A stretch of 64,000 nucleotides of DNA from Haliotis rufescens (Eukaryota), in contig NW_025963779.1 of assembly GCF_023055435.1 (NCBI RefSeq), positions 3,348,001 to 3,412,000 of the forward strand. The letters are read 5' to 3'. Below, one piece after another: positions 12,796-25,600 of the stretch; the stretch's first letter is position 1, and every line of letters starts with the position of its first letter. The notes beneath the pieces were generated by a model. The model had not been told where the DNA came from. It saw only the letters and a list, made by a program, of their open reading frames with translations, and did not search any database. The position numbers were made by a program, and so were the translations under genes.

Positions 12796-14123
12796 CGAGT
12801 TCATCGCGTTGCAGAAGATTTGATCACAAGTACTACAAGAGTAGAGAGCTTAAGTGTTTCTGTCAACGTCAACACCACTAATAGCTCAGAGAGTGTCAAC
12901 ATGAAGAATAACCGCCAACCCACGGAGAAATTGGTTCGGATGAGTTGGGGTGTTAGGCTTTCATTGTGATACGGTCTATCTCTGGCAGTCGTTTTTCGAA
13001 GCTGATCTTTCTTCTGACGATTACAACATTCTTGTTTTTATTATCCCTCACTTATTTGTGAGAGTATATAGTAAATATTTCATTTATTTCATGGCAGTGG
13101 ACACCACAGGCAGAATGACCTTAAAGCTTCATAAAACAATTTGGGTAAAAATGCGTAAATTACAAGACTATCCAACCGACCTGATGTGAGCTCACAGTCG
13201 TGCTACCATGCTTTATATCTGTGAATGCATGGCGTTCTCGCTACAAAAGCCCATTCCTCACTTTAGGGAAGATAATGTCCGACCAATTAAATACATGATT
13301 GCTGTAAACAGTTACCATGGTAATCAGGTAATGTTTATAAGCCATAACATGTGTTTTGGTATGCGTCCAACATAAACTGACTGATTGAGTGTGAGTACTG
13401 TTTCAATGCAGACAGATGTTTCAGGCGCAAACTGATACAAATTGTAATCCGTCCGTGTGAAATTTACTGTTATACCGCAGTACATTGCCCTAGATCCAGG
13501 ACATGTAGGACTGCGAAGACGTTTAACAAAATTCTCCAGGGAATTTTTGAAACATGAAATAAGTCTTAGTTCCTGAAACACAAAGAGACAACTTCCTCCG
13601 TTGGCGAAGTCGTGACTGAATCATCTGCCCGCACACACTGACGTGGCGTCATGTACGTATAGAGTAGAGAGGGGTGTGTATAAATATACACGCACATATA
13701 CACATAAAACCATGACAGGGAAGTACTTTACTGGAGGTGTCATGGAGTCACGTGGTCACAGTCACGGTTCTGCCTGGCAGGAAACTGGAGGTACTATATT
13801 GGTATCCACAAACCCCGGGTGGGCGTGTCCGGCTGATATAACGCTAGTACAGTTGTAGCTGGAAATGGTATGCCCAGAATAAAAAGTTGGAAGCATCCTA
13901 ACGTACTCACGTGTTCACAATTGTTTGTTAATTTTGGATTTATTTGAAAAATGTTAGAACAATAACACCACATTCTACACTGGCAATGTTTTGCGGACCT
14001 AGAATGTTTACGCGATGAGTGTTTACCAGTGACTGGTTGAGGCTAGTGTGCGAGACTTGTGTACATGAACGATGTACTTGTCTCAGCATCCATGCTTCAG
14101 CATGAATCATAAACCACGCATCT

Positions 14124-14858
14124 ACTATACAGGTGCTTGTTTCACCGTCTAACTATTTACACATGTGCTTGTTTCACCGTCTAACTACCCATACAGGTGC
14201 TTGTTTCACCGTCTAACTACCCATACAGGTGCTTGTTTCACCTTCTAACTACCCATACAGGTGCTTGTTTCACCGTCTAACTACTTACACATGTGCTTGT
14301 TTCACCGTCTAACTACCCATACAGGTGCTTGTTTCACCGTCTAACTACCCATACAGGTGCTTGTTTCACCGTCTAACTACCCTTACATGTGCTTGTTTCA
14401 CCGTCTAACTACCCATACAGGTGCTTGTTTCACCGTCTAACTACCCATACAGGTGCTTGTTTCACCGTCTAACTACCCATACAGGTGCTTGTTTCACCGT
14501 CTAACTACCCATACAGGTGCTTGTTTCACAGTCTTACTACCTATACAGGTGCTTGTTTCACCCTCTAACTACCTATACATGTGCTTGTTTCACCCACTAC
14601 CTACGTCTACATGCCCTTTTGTCAAGTCCAACTACCTCTACAAGTGCTTGTTTCGCCGTCTAATTACCTATACAGGCGCTTGTTTCACCGTCTAATTATC
14701 TGTACATGTGCTTATTTCCCCCTCTCACTGCCTATACATGGGCTTGTTTCATCGTCTAACTATCTAAACATGTGCTTGTTTCACGGTCTTACTACCTCTA
14801 CAGGTGCTTGTTTCATCGTCTAACTATCTATACATGTCCTTTTTTCACCGTCTAACTA
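14124..14858. repeat. 32-bp minisatellite, about 23 units (TACAGGTGCTTGTTTCACCGTCTAACTACCCA)
   Basis: Directly visible; decays toward the 3' end. Confidence 0.96.
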
Positions 14859-16808
14859 AAGCTCCTAAGACAGGCCCGACCTTGTCTTAATTTTTGTCCT
14901 GAACTTAAGATAACTTTGCGCTGAGACAGCTTCGAGAATACACTAAGATTTGCTTCACTCCGACATCTTTACTTTAATCTTAGCACTAAGACAAGGGCAA
15001 ACTATACTTTATTACACTACACTTAAACTTGATTTCTTACTTATAAAGTGAAAAGACAATTCTTATATTTTTATAGCACTGATTTTTACCTGGTTAGATA
15101 TATATCTATAGTTATATTTTGTACGTGTGACTTCTTTGTTACATTGACAGCCAAACAACAACCATCTGTATCGCGGAATGAAGTAGTTCCTCAAAGGGGA
15201 GGTGACATGAGCGTATGTATGCACACATTGACATATTTTGTAATTTGTTCACAACAAATATATTCAAATGATGTCATCATAAGACGAGAAAAGTATGTTA
15301 AGAACTACCACAGTAAGTCAGTCACAGTAACAGCGCGTCGTAATACATTTACATCAAGTACAGGACGTCAAAATGGCCGACACGATAAACGTGACGGGAA
15401 AGATGTTAATGAACCTGTTGCGATTAGTTGAGTGTCAGTCGTCATTGTTCAATAATCCATTGTAAAGATGTGTCAAACAGACACTAAGGTAAATTCATAG
15501 ATTGCTGCAGACTGTCAATCTCGGTCTGGGCACGGGTCCTGTCGATACTGCGATAGTTTGGATGTACATTTCTTCGTTTTGTTCACTAGGATGGGTTGTA
15601 GCGAGGATATCCTTGAATGGACATGCAGTCAAACTCTCTAATTTATCCCGAGTAATGCTGAAACGCTGAGTCCAAGATTAAAGGGTTTAAAAGCTTCTGT
15701 ATTTATTCGTGCAAGTCCACCAGTGTTTACCTCATTTCAAGGATACAGTCTCGTGAAAAACGTGTGAACGTCAAAAAGTTTTCGTCATACACTTATGAGC
15801 TTAAGTTTCTTTCACCCCGCCCTCCCGTCCAGTTGAGAAACCGTATACGCGTAACCTTCACATTATATATATATTTATGCACCTGTTTCTCTCGACGATT
15901 ATCTAGTTAGTCTGCTGAATCATGTAATAACAACGTTCATCAAAGCGCACATTTAGCCATTTGAACATTACGGACACGCTACCCCACACATAATTACACG
16001 TTAAATCAAAGGAAAGCCGATATGTTAATAACCATGAGCCAAACAGAATCACAATTAACGTTCCACGTGCATAAAGACCCAGAAACAAATATATCCAATA
16101 CAGCCCATGCAAGTCCATTCTGTTGGCCAGTCTTAATAGCTTGAAATTACTGCAGTATCTGAAAATGAGGACTCACGAGGTCTCCTTTTATTACATTTTA
16201 TATCTATAATTTAACAACTGTTTCTTTCCTGTAAAATATGTTCATTTCAGAGACTAGATGTTAGTTTCAAACAGACCCTTGATCCGGTATCACAATGGTG
16301 GTCACGTGACCAGTGACTTCATCTCAAGGAATTCCGTGGCATCCTCCATACCGCCAGCTCCGGAACCTTCGGTTTCCTCACATCAATGGAAAATCCCATG
16401 GCACGATTCTAAACTTGCTTTTAACTCTTGCGGAAATTTCAGTACGCATTTTAGAATTTTGAGACGTAATTATATCCCATGCGAACATTTGTTCTTTAAA
16501 GAGATATTTTTGAAGAAATATGTGTGACGGTGTGGATAGCTCCGCTGAATGAATGTTTAATGCATTGCATGCATGTGAAATGGGGTTATAGTATCTGTTA
16601 TTTTATTGCAATCATATCATTGTTAATATTACAAATTCAATTTTCATTTACGTTTTCTCAAAAACGTTTTAGCTGAAATGTGAATACCCGACTTTGCCTT
16701 GAATACCTTTATGTGTAAATAAGAAAAAAAATACAAGAGGATTTTAACATTTCCTTTTATGTCTGAAAATTGCGCCTTTGGTACGTAAAAAACCATCGTA
16801 TCTATGGA

Positions 16809-17084
16809 GTGAGTGAGTGAGTGAGTGAGTGAGTAAGTTGGGTTTAACGCCGCTTTTAACATTATTCCAGTTATATCACGGCGTGTCAGCTTAATGTGGG
16901 AGGAAAGCCCGAAGTGATGCAGGTCTCAGACGTTTACCACTTCGGTGAAACCCACGAGCACGGGTATGGTGCTGACAAACCTAGAAACATAATCGGGGCG
17001 AATCATAGGTTTCTGGCGTGCCCAAGGGACGCAACTCTGCACAGCGAATCGCGGCGCCTTAGACGACTGGGCCACCCGTGCCCC
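16809..17084 (-). mobile_element. SINE family 3 (V-SINE/RUDI-like) with target-site duplication
   Basis: TSD GTATCTATGGA at 16798-16808 and 17085-17095; V-domain-like GTGGGTTTC...TTTCCTCCCACA; tail GCGGCGTTAAAC plus (TCAC)n. Confidence 0.85.
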
Positions 17085-17592
17085 GTATCTATGGATATCA
17101 AATATTTTATTAAAAATGTGAAATATTGTGCCTACACGCCATTAGACTAACGATTCCCAGATAGGATTGTTCGTGACGTCACGTATCCGCCCATTTCGGG
17201 CCCTGTGTGACGTCACATCTTACTAATCTATACGAGCTGTACTTCCTTATGTACAGAAACATGTACGTACCGTTGTAGTATGTGCGTAGTGGTGAAAGAA
17301 ATGGCGCCTACATATCAACCATTCGCAAGGTTTAGTGTACGTTTGTTGAGGGCGGAGACTGTTCCTAGGTCATGTTAAAACAATCACTATACAGCAAACC
17401 ACAACGAGGCCTCAAAAGCCCCATCAATGCCGATAACCAACCCATTTGATAATTGGTGAAACCGGGTGACGTCAGATCGCAATCTGCGATGCAGGGAGCT
17501 TGTACGCCGGAATGAATAATCCTGATCATGATCAAATCACTCCCTAAACATACATACTCTCAGCACCGTACTGCGCTGGGTCCAAGAGTTAT

Positions 17593-17809
17593 ACTTGCGC
17601 AAGTCTCTAAGGCAATAATTATTATTTTAAATCATAATTTCAAGAGTATGTAAATAATAAGAACAAGTTGTCCCTATAAGAGACTGGAGTCCTTAGAGTC
17701 CACACATCTAGACTTGACTATCAGAAGGAAAGAATTACTACACATCAATTGACTTTTCTTTTAGTACACCCTTGAAGCAAGGCTAGCCGAGAGCGTATTC
17801 TCTGTACAG
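17593..17809. repeat. Unclassified interspersed repeat; inverted copy of 1600-1804
   Basis: Reverse-complement match to 1600-1804. Confidence 0.75.
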
Positions 17810-18170
17810 TTAACGCCGCTTAGGAAATAGGTATAACGAACCGTGATCATATTCTTATTTATAATACTATGATGTTTTAGAAGCAAAACTTTAGGTTTAA
17901 GAATTTAAGTTTACTCGTGTTAACTTTGGCTGAAGGTTTGGGGGTTTGAAAAAATTAAAAACGTTTCTAAACTAGGTTTTAAACAAAAGAAAGGGATTAT
18001 GAAGTGTGTGGTTAAATTCATTTCCGGTTAGAGATCAGTTTGAAGGACTGGTGTTATCAGTTGCCACTTCTCCTGACCCAGATAGGCTCCGCACCCACCC
18101 ACCCTGTCTTCACCCTGTGCTAGACGTCTGGTCACCCTCACAGCAATAGTAGCAGTATATGTTTATTAAA

Positions 18171-18341
18171 GTGAGTGAGTATGGTTTTACGCCGCTTGTA
18201 GCAATATTCCAGCAATACCCCAGCAATATCACGGCGGGGGACACCAGAAATGGTCCTCACACATTGTACCCATGTGGGGAATCGAACCAGGGTCTTCGGA
18301 GTGACGAGCGAACGCTTTAACCACGAGGCTACCCCACCGCC
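18171..18341 (-). mobile_element. tRNA-derived SINE (family 1), near full length
   Basis: Minus strand has A box TAGCCTCGTGG, B box GGTTCGATTCC, a tRNA-Asp-like GTCAC loop, and tail GGAATATTGCT..GCGGCGTAAAAC plus (TCAC)n. Confidence 0.88.
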
Positions 18342-19233
18342 AGTTTTCAAAGTGTCACATGCACTTGTACATGTAAAATATTCATAAAATATACACATGA
18401 TTTACAGTGCGTCCAGCCATTAATTGGTTAATGAGACACTAAAATCTGTACACGAAAGGATTATTAAAAGAGGAAGTTATAGCAGTTTAAATAAGAAATA
18501 CGGTACAACATTGTTTGCGGGTATATTGACATAGTACACATCACAATCAATATCAGTTTTCAGTTATCAATACATTTATATGAACTCATTAGCTTGTTTT
18601 GTTTTAGTGCAATGATATTATTATGAATCAGGAAGTCAATTTCCGACAATAATGTTCTCATAATGCTTTGTCCTTAACGCTTAGGGCGTAGCTGTTGCAT
18701 TGGGATGTGATAATTAGCCAATGTCAGTAGGCGGGTGCGTAGAATGCTTCTAGTATGCATCAGTAATAGTGCAGTGTGTGTTAGACTGCCGCTAGTGTAT
18801 TGCTAACGCTGTGGGTATGCATGCCACGTCAGGGTTATGCTAATGGATGGCAGGGTGATGAGTAAACAGTTGGGGGTATAGGTGGACTCAAGCCTCCCAC
18901 ACTGCCCCGGGTGGTCTGCCGGAAACAACTAACGCTCATCCGTTATTTCAAAGTGTTAACAGAGGAAATGTTGGTGAAAACGCGGCCTACAACACAACAG
19001 TCAGGAAATAGTTAGCATTTGTGTGTCATTGTATATAAGTGCTCTTCTACAGAACACACCACATGCTTAAAATGTATTCACCATGCGCGTGTTCTCTTGA
19101 TTACATATACGTAATTGAGTGTGAAAACGGCACACATCGAACAGAATGAAAGAAAGTATTAGAGGGGGGCGTTAGTGAATTAGTGTGTATGGTGTAATGC
19201 CCAGTGGGGAAGATTCTATATATGTCACGTCGA

Positions 19234-19340
19234 TGCGTGTGCGTGTGTTGGTGTGTGTACATGTGTGCGTGTGCGTGTGTTGGTGTGTATACGTGTGTGC
19301 GTGTGCGTGTGCGTGTGTTGGTGTACGTACGTGTGTGTTG
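19234..19340. repeat. (GT)n degenerate microsatellite
   Basis: Directly visible. Confidence 0.9.
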
Positions 19341-20005
19341 GGGGTATCAAGAATGGGGGGGGGGGAGACTTAGTTTGTCCCAAATCAATCGCCTCTACCA
19401 AACGGTTACTCAAAAATCACATAGAGTTACAGAATGGGTGACATTGCACCATACTGCACACGTCTTCGTACAGCGATCCAGTCATCTCTATGTAGAGGAC
19501 AGAGAGGAACGTGTCGTAAGCCTGACGTTTCAGAAAGCACCACCTGTATCGTCAATTACACTACAATCACTTTTCATGACATATGATGCGAGTGCACCAA
19601 ATGATCTCGCATTCAACACCTGCAATGTGTAAAAAATGTGCATCACCGCCTATCTAATAAGAAAATATTGCATTGTCATGGAGAATTAAAAAAATATGAA
19701 TAAAGCATTGACGAACAAGGACGTAGCAGCGCGCCCGGCATACCGCCATGTATAGATCTAGCTGTGGGATAATCATAGTTATTTCGAAATACAAATATTG
19801 CCTTATCACATCATGTCATGCGAATTAAGATATGATGGTAGAGGATTGGGAAGCTTACAAAGGTGGAACGTTGACCACGCCTAGTCAGATGTAATTAATA
19901 GCTAGCTGTCCACATGTTCTCATATCGGGTGGATCAGTTTGGATTACACAAAAAGGCCCACACCCTCTGAAATTAATATGAAATAATCTAAGTTTTCGAT
20001 TGTCA

Positions 20006-20169
20006 TTTAGAAGTGATACACATAAGAGAGAGAATTTATTGATGTCAACACTGTTTCGGAGTATAATGCTCACTCCTTCAGCAGGAGAATGATGAAGGAG
20101 TAAGTATATACTCCGAGACGCTGTCTTCTTCATAATAGAGAAGTTGACACCCATATATTCTCTCTTATG
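20006..20169. mobile_element. Penelope-like element remnant: two inverted arms, each with a degenerate minimal hammerhead motif
   Basis: The arms are reverse complements of each other and match 30859-31115. Confidence 0.65.
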
Positions 20170-22402
20170 AAATAATATTCATTAACATTCCTAAATTAAT
20201 ATACGCTGTCTCAGACCCTTTACATATGTCATGTTTATATTATTATGTTTATGTCTCAAAACTATTTGTATTACTTTCCTACTGGTTTCCTAGGTATTTT
20301 GAGCTGAGTACTAAAACAACAGTAGGTTCTTAAGTGGTTTGAATGGTAAGATAACTTTCCATTGACAAGCACTAAATACCTTCTGAAATCCGTCGTCAGT
20401 GATGAAGTACTGGGACAAACTTCAATTGTGTCTCTTATGTACATTGTTTCTAGTAATTAGTACTTGTGTTAGAGCCCAAAGGCAGTGCTCCCCCTGATCG
20501 TCGTATAAAACAATAGAAATGTATTTACCGTTAGATAAGCCTTTCACGTCCGTACTCCGAAATCCCTCGTGCATGCCTCGTGACACGGGGATTATGTCGG
20601 ATTAACGTTGTGGGTGCGGATTAAACGGTGGCACCTCACACTTATCTTTTGTCGTTGCTGACAACATATTCTTACAGTAGCCAGACAGCCATGCCGACAG
20701 TAAAACATAATGTCTAGAAGTGAGTTTGAGAATTAAGGTGTTGCAGTACAAGTTTAAGTGTGATGTCCATCAGGGTTTGACGCCATACACCTGTTATCAC
20801 CGTAATATACTCTACCCACCATCACCCCTTTTCTATACTGACTTATGGGTGTGCATTGATTTTTTATACGATTGTCATTTTGAATATGCGAAATCAAAAG
20901 CTTAAGAGGAAAATGAAAAAAGTTATTTGACTTTGTAATGCTTTTTCTTTTAAACACAATTCACCTCAGAATAAAGTGATTCCTCACGTACAGCAGGAAT
21001 AGCCATGTCAGTGACGTAGCCAACCGGGGTGGGGGGCGCAGGTGGGGTTGGGATGGGGGGGGAAGTTGCCGCCCCCTGAATTTTTATACAAAACAGTTTT
21101 ATCGTGAAAATACAAGTTGGGGACAAGTGATACACTATATGCATGTTTATACATCAGCCCCTAACAGTAATGTTATTACGTAGATACGAGGACCCACTAC
21201 GTAGATACGGAGAGCTTGCGTATTTTCATTTATTACTCTTAAAGGTATAATCGTCTTATGAATGCGTTCCAGCTTTCCATTCCTAAAGTCGGCAGAAAAC
21301 AAAACAATAGAATAAACACATTTAACAATGCAGAAGAAAACAAACCTACAGCGATAACAGGGAGAACGACACCCCAAGAAGCGAATATGGTAAAATAACA
21401 GTGTATGTTTTTACGCTTCTGTTTAGCGAAGAAAAGCTTTCTGCCCACGCTATTTATTTACATTGTAAATTACAAGCGGTACTTCTTCTTGCGCTCACAA
21501 AGAAATTGATATGCACAGGGAGCTTTCTGCTGACGTCAGATGTACTAAAGGAATTTGAAAACAATTTCTGAAACAATTTTATTTCAAATTGTACAGCGAC
21601 CGCATATAACTGAAATGACCACGTAAAACCTTTTTTGACGTAAACACAAAATGCTGAGAAAAACTATCGTGCAGCCATATAACATCAAACACGAAAGTTG
21701 AACAAAAAGAAGTAGAAATAACATTGTTATGTGGTCCGCATATTTATGTTGTTAAAACTCATGGGAAAAGCTTCAAGTATGACAAACTACACGATGAGAA
21801 AAGATTTCCCTCTTTAAATATTCCAAAAGACATCTCCATAAAAATTGTCTTGTCAAATATTCAAGTATTGTAGTTTAATATTTTCTGAATTTATGGTTCG
21901 GAATAATGGTCGGCGAGCTATTATTGTTACAGCCAAGGATAGAAATTCTCATCATCAAAATCACTGGGTTGTCATATCTTCAACAAAGGAAGTCTTCTAT
22001 TTATCGGTTGATATAATATGTTTATAACCAAGCGTCGTGATTGTGTATAGGGTGGCGCATGTGTGATAATGTCATCAATGTAGACGCTTAACGACGTCAC
22101 GGTGGTTGCAGACAGGAATTTAAAACGCGCAGACCAACGAAATTGAACGCTGCTCGGCTAAATATAGCCACAATATAACGCAGTATAACACCAGAAGTCA
22201 GGCAATTTCTGAGCCAAAAGTCTATTTTCCGATTCTGGCTTCCGTTTCAGATTCATGAATGAAAGTTTCATGTCTGAGAAATTTAGGCGGCAATCCCATT
22301 GGCGGCCATCACTCCTGGTTGCCACGGACAACGGATACGGAACTGCCATATTAGGACTCGCTACTACTGCTCCGTAGTGTGTGATGCTAACTGCAAGCGA
22401 AG

Positions 22403-22465
22403 TGCGTGGTCGCCATGCAAGCCCCGCCTTACGGGAAATCATTGGCTCGCCGTCCTACATAAATA
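22403..22465 (+). promoter_or_regulatory. Gene A proximal promoter (ATTGG box 22441-22445, TATA-like CATAAATA 22458-22465)
   Basis: About 130 nt upstream of the ATG; contains blocks shared with the gene B promoter. Confidence 0.55.
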
Positions 22466-22594
22466 CGAGGCCCGGTCTATCCAAGTCATTCTCACTGTGA
22501 CAACGCCAGACACGAGCGTCAAAAGACGAGATACAGTCCTAGCGGAACGAGATTACATTCTTTAGAAGCTGTACTTGTGAGCCGGGTATTCAAT

Positions 22595-22633
22595 ATGGAA
22601 CACATTCTCGCCCTGGTTGTGTGTGTCTGCATG
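22595..22633 (+). CDS. Gene A exon 1 (signal peptide MEHILALVVCVCM)
   Basis: ATG in AATATGG context, hydrophobic stretch, donor ATG|GTAAGC, phase 0. Confidence 0.8.
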
Positions 22634-25600
22634 GTAAGCCTGACATAATGTTTGTCATTTGTTGTGTATTGAGGCAGATGTTGAAGGGGTTCTTGTGCGA
22701 AATCCCCTGTTTTATCACTGAGCTGTTGTAATACATATAAGATGCTTTCTTTAAGCGACGAGACCCACGTGCACACGTCACTCAGCTGATTTGAAATATT
22801 TGACATTCTTTTCCTTATTTTGTTTATAAACTCCGCTACAGTTATTGAAATGAATTATTAAACATATACATGTGCTATATACTACAGTGTCCTTTCTTAT
22901 TTTTCAGATGTCAACAATCTCAGCAAAAGCACTAGGTAAATTATTTGATTTTTATCATTTTGTGTTAACTATTCTCCGACAGCCATATATACGTTTCAGT
23001 ATGTACGAATTATACACATCGTCTCTTTCGTAAGGTAGTTGTGTCATTGTGAGTTTAGTGTCATTGATTCAGGGGTGTTTTGTTGGTTATGTTCAACGGA
23101 AATATTACACATTCCAATCGGGGGCATAGATAAAGGCAGTCTAAATATAGAGACTATTCAATAATGGGTAGACGAATGGAGAATGTATTGAATAGCTATT
23201 TATAAACGTTTTATTGCTACAGATTATGACGACTTCCTCATGCAAAGCGACCCCCACGGCTGGTTTGGCAACTTCGCCGTCGACGAACAGGCAGGCATCG
23301 TCCCGAGAGGTTAGTTGAGAAACTGGCGCCTTTTAGTGTTTTCCTAAAATGATTGGAGTATGTAACAGGATATTCTTCAGTTGTCTACCCAGTCGGACAA
23401 CACGCACCTGTTATGGTTAATTGAGTTCGAAGAAAAACATATTTCGATTTTCAAAGGGAATTTTCAGAAAGGATAACAGTGGGATGTCTTAATTTATTCA
23501 ACAGTGTTATTTATGTCTGTGATTTATTAGGAGGAAAATGGGTTGTACCCCTGATGTCATTAATATTACACCCTTGATGTGCGCTTCCTCCAATTCGATC
23601 TCCACAGTCAAGCGCACATCGACATGAACATCTATCGTTTAGTGGATAAAAAATATTGATTCATGAACTATTTGGTATGACGAGGTAGACACAATTTTAT
23701 GGATAACAACTTCTTCAATACAGTATTATTTCTTTAATACAGGATTAAAGAAGTTGGTATCCACAAAAAAATGTCTAACTTGTCATCCATCAACTTCTAA
23801 TTAATGCCTATCCAACAATTCATAGGTATGACGGCTAGCGAATCTGCCAAACCAGAGCCCGTTACACCTTGAACCCAAAGCCCCCCCCCCCCCCCCCCCC
23901 CCCCCCCCGTATACGTAGTAACACTTCCCTTTGTATCAGAGTTATTCCTGGAATGTTGGTAACCGTTTTTGTGCCCTTTTCAAACACGGTTAGCAGGATG
24001 TTTATAATATTTCGTTGATCAGTCGCTGACCTTTACGCAATGAATATATAATACTCAGAAGATGTTTCTTTCTCATGGCATGAAGGATTAACTGTAGTCA
24101 TAAGAAAGAATCGAGTGTTCTTTTACTTCTTTTGAGTAGTATATTTTGCGAATGTTACATAAACAAAAAGAATGCACTGCTGAATGTTTAATGAGACATG
24201 TGTTGTTTCTAGGGTGTGGAGGGAAGCCTGCCGATGTCTACTTTGTGATGGATACGTCACGTGATGTGACCCAGAAAGAGATCGATCTTCAAAAGAATTA
24301 TTTTAAAGAGCTGTCTTCCCTGTTCTACCTTGGCATGAACACAGTTCGACTTGGGGTAATTTCTTCCGGAAATACTCCTTTGACCGCAATCCGCCTCGGC
24401 AGTTACAAAAACACGCACGACTTCAAGAAAGCAATCGACATCACCCCAAGAGTCGGGGGCCAAAGGGATCATGCTCAGACGCTGGACTTTCTCAGACGAA
24501 CCGCCTTCGCCCCAACCGTTGCAAGGCAGAGCGTGGCCCATGTCGCTATTTTCATGACCAACGGATTTTCTCACAATGCCAAGGCAACTTTGGTCGAGGC
24601 CAGATTGCTTAAAAAAGCGGGAGTCTATGTGTTCACGGTCAACCTTGGCGGACAATGGGACCGGTCCGAGCTGACCGCAATGGCCTCCCCTCCCGCCAGC
24701 GACTTCGTCTTCGACTCAGACGACTACAACATCATCGACCCCCTGATCAGCCTGTTGAAGATCCACGAATGTGATTGTAAGTATTACAAGGAGCAATCAG
24801 GACACGCTTGGAAGAACCTGTTCTCTATTTGCCTTTGATGCTTGGGTAAATTTCAATACAGTGGTAGGGAGTAAACAGCTCGGTTTGTGCCCTCGAGGTA
24901 TGTTAATTGTAGTGTTGCTTCTGACATATTGTATAGTATAGGAGGAAAGCCTTTGGAAGAATTAGCATTTTGCAATGTCATCATTTGAATTAATACTCAT
25001 GGCCATAAAAACTCATGCAATTATCTCTTTGTGTTTTTCAGATCAGGTCCATCCACCAGTTGCGGAGCCTAAAGCAGGTATGTCATATTTTTAGAATATT
25101 ATTTGCTTATATAACAAATTATATGGTGTTGCCAAGGTCGGTAATAGTTAGTTTGTTTGTTGTTAACGCCGCACTCAGCAATATTCCAGCTATATGACGG
25201 CGGTCTGTAAATAATCGAGTCTGGACCAGACAATCCAGTGATTGAAATCATGAACATAGATTCATGCAAATGGGATACGATGACATGCATCAGCCAAGTC
25301 TGCGAGCCTGACCACCCGATCCCGTTAGTCGCCTCTTAGACAAGCATAGTCTCCTTTTACGGCAAGCATGGGTTGATGAAGACCTATTTTACCCCGGATC
25401 TTGAGGGGTCGTCGGTAGTAGATCTTTAAACATGTCGCGTTTGAGACAACATACATGACACAGGTCCTTAAGGACAACCGATTGACGTGTCCTCACGACA
25501 TAAATCATGAACGCCTTTTTAATGTATTTTCCCAGTTTAAACATGCTCTCGTTCACAACGCAACTAATAAACCTTTTCTTGTTCAGCTTGTAGTCCAAAA

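Noticed and set aside
18270-18341. tRNA gene (also 33397-33470)
   Set aside because: A and B boxes are present but there is no acceptor stem, and the sequence continues into SINE body and tail
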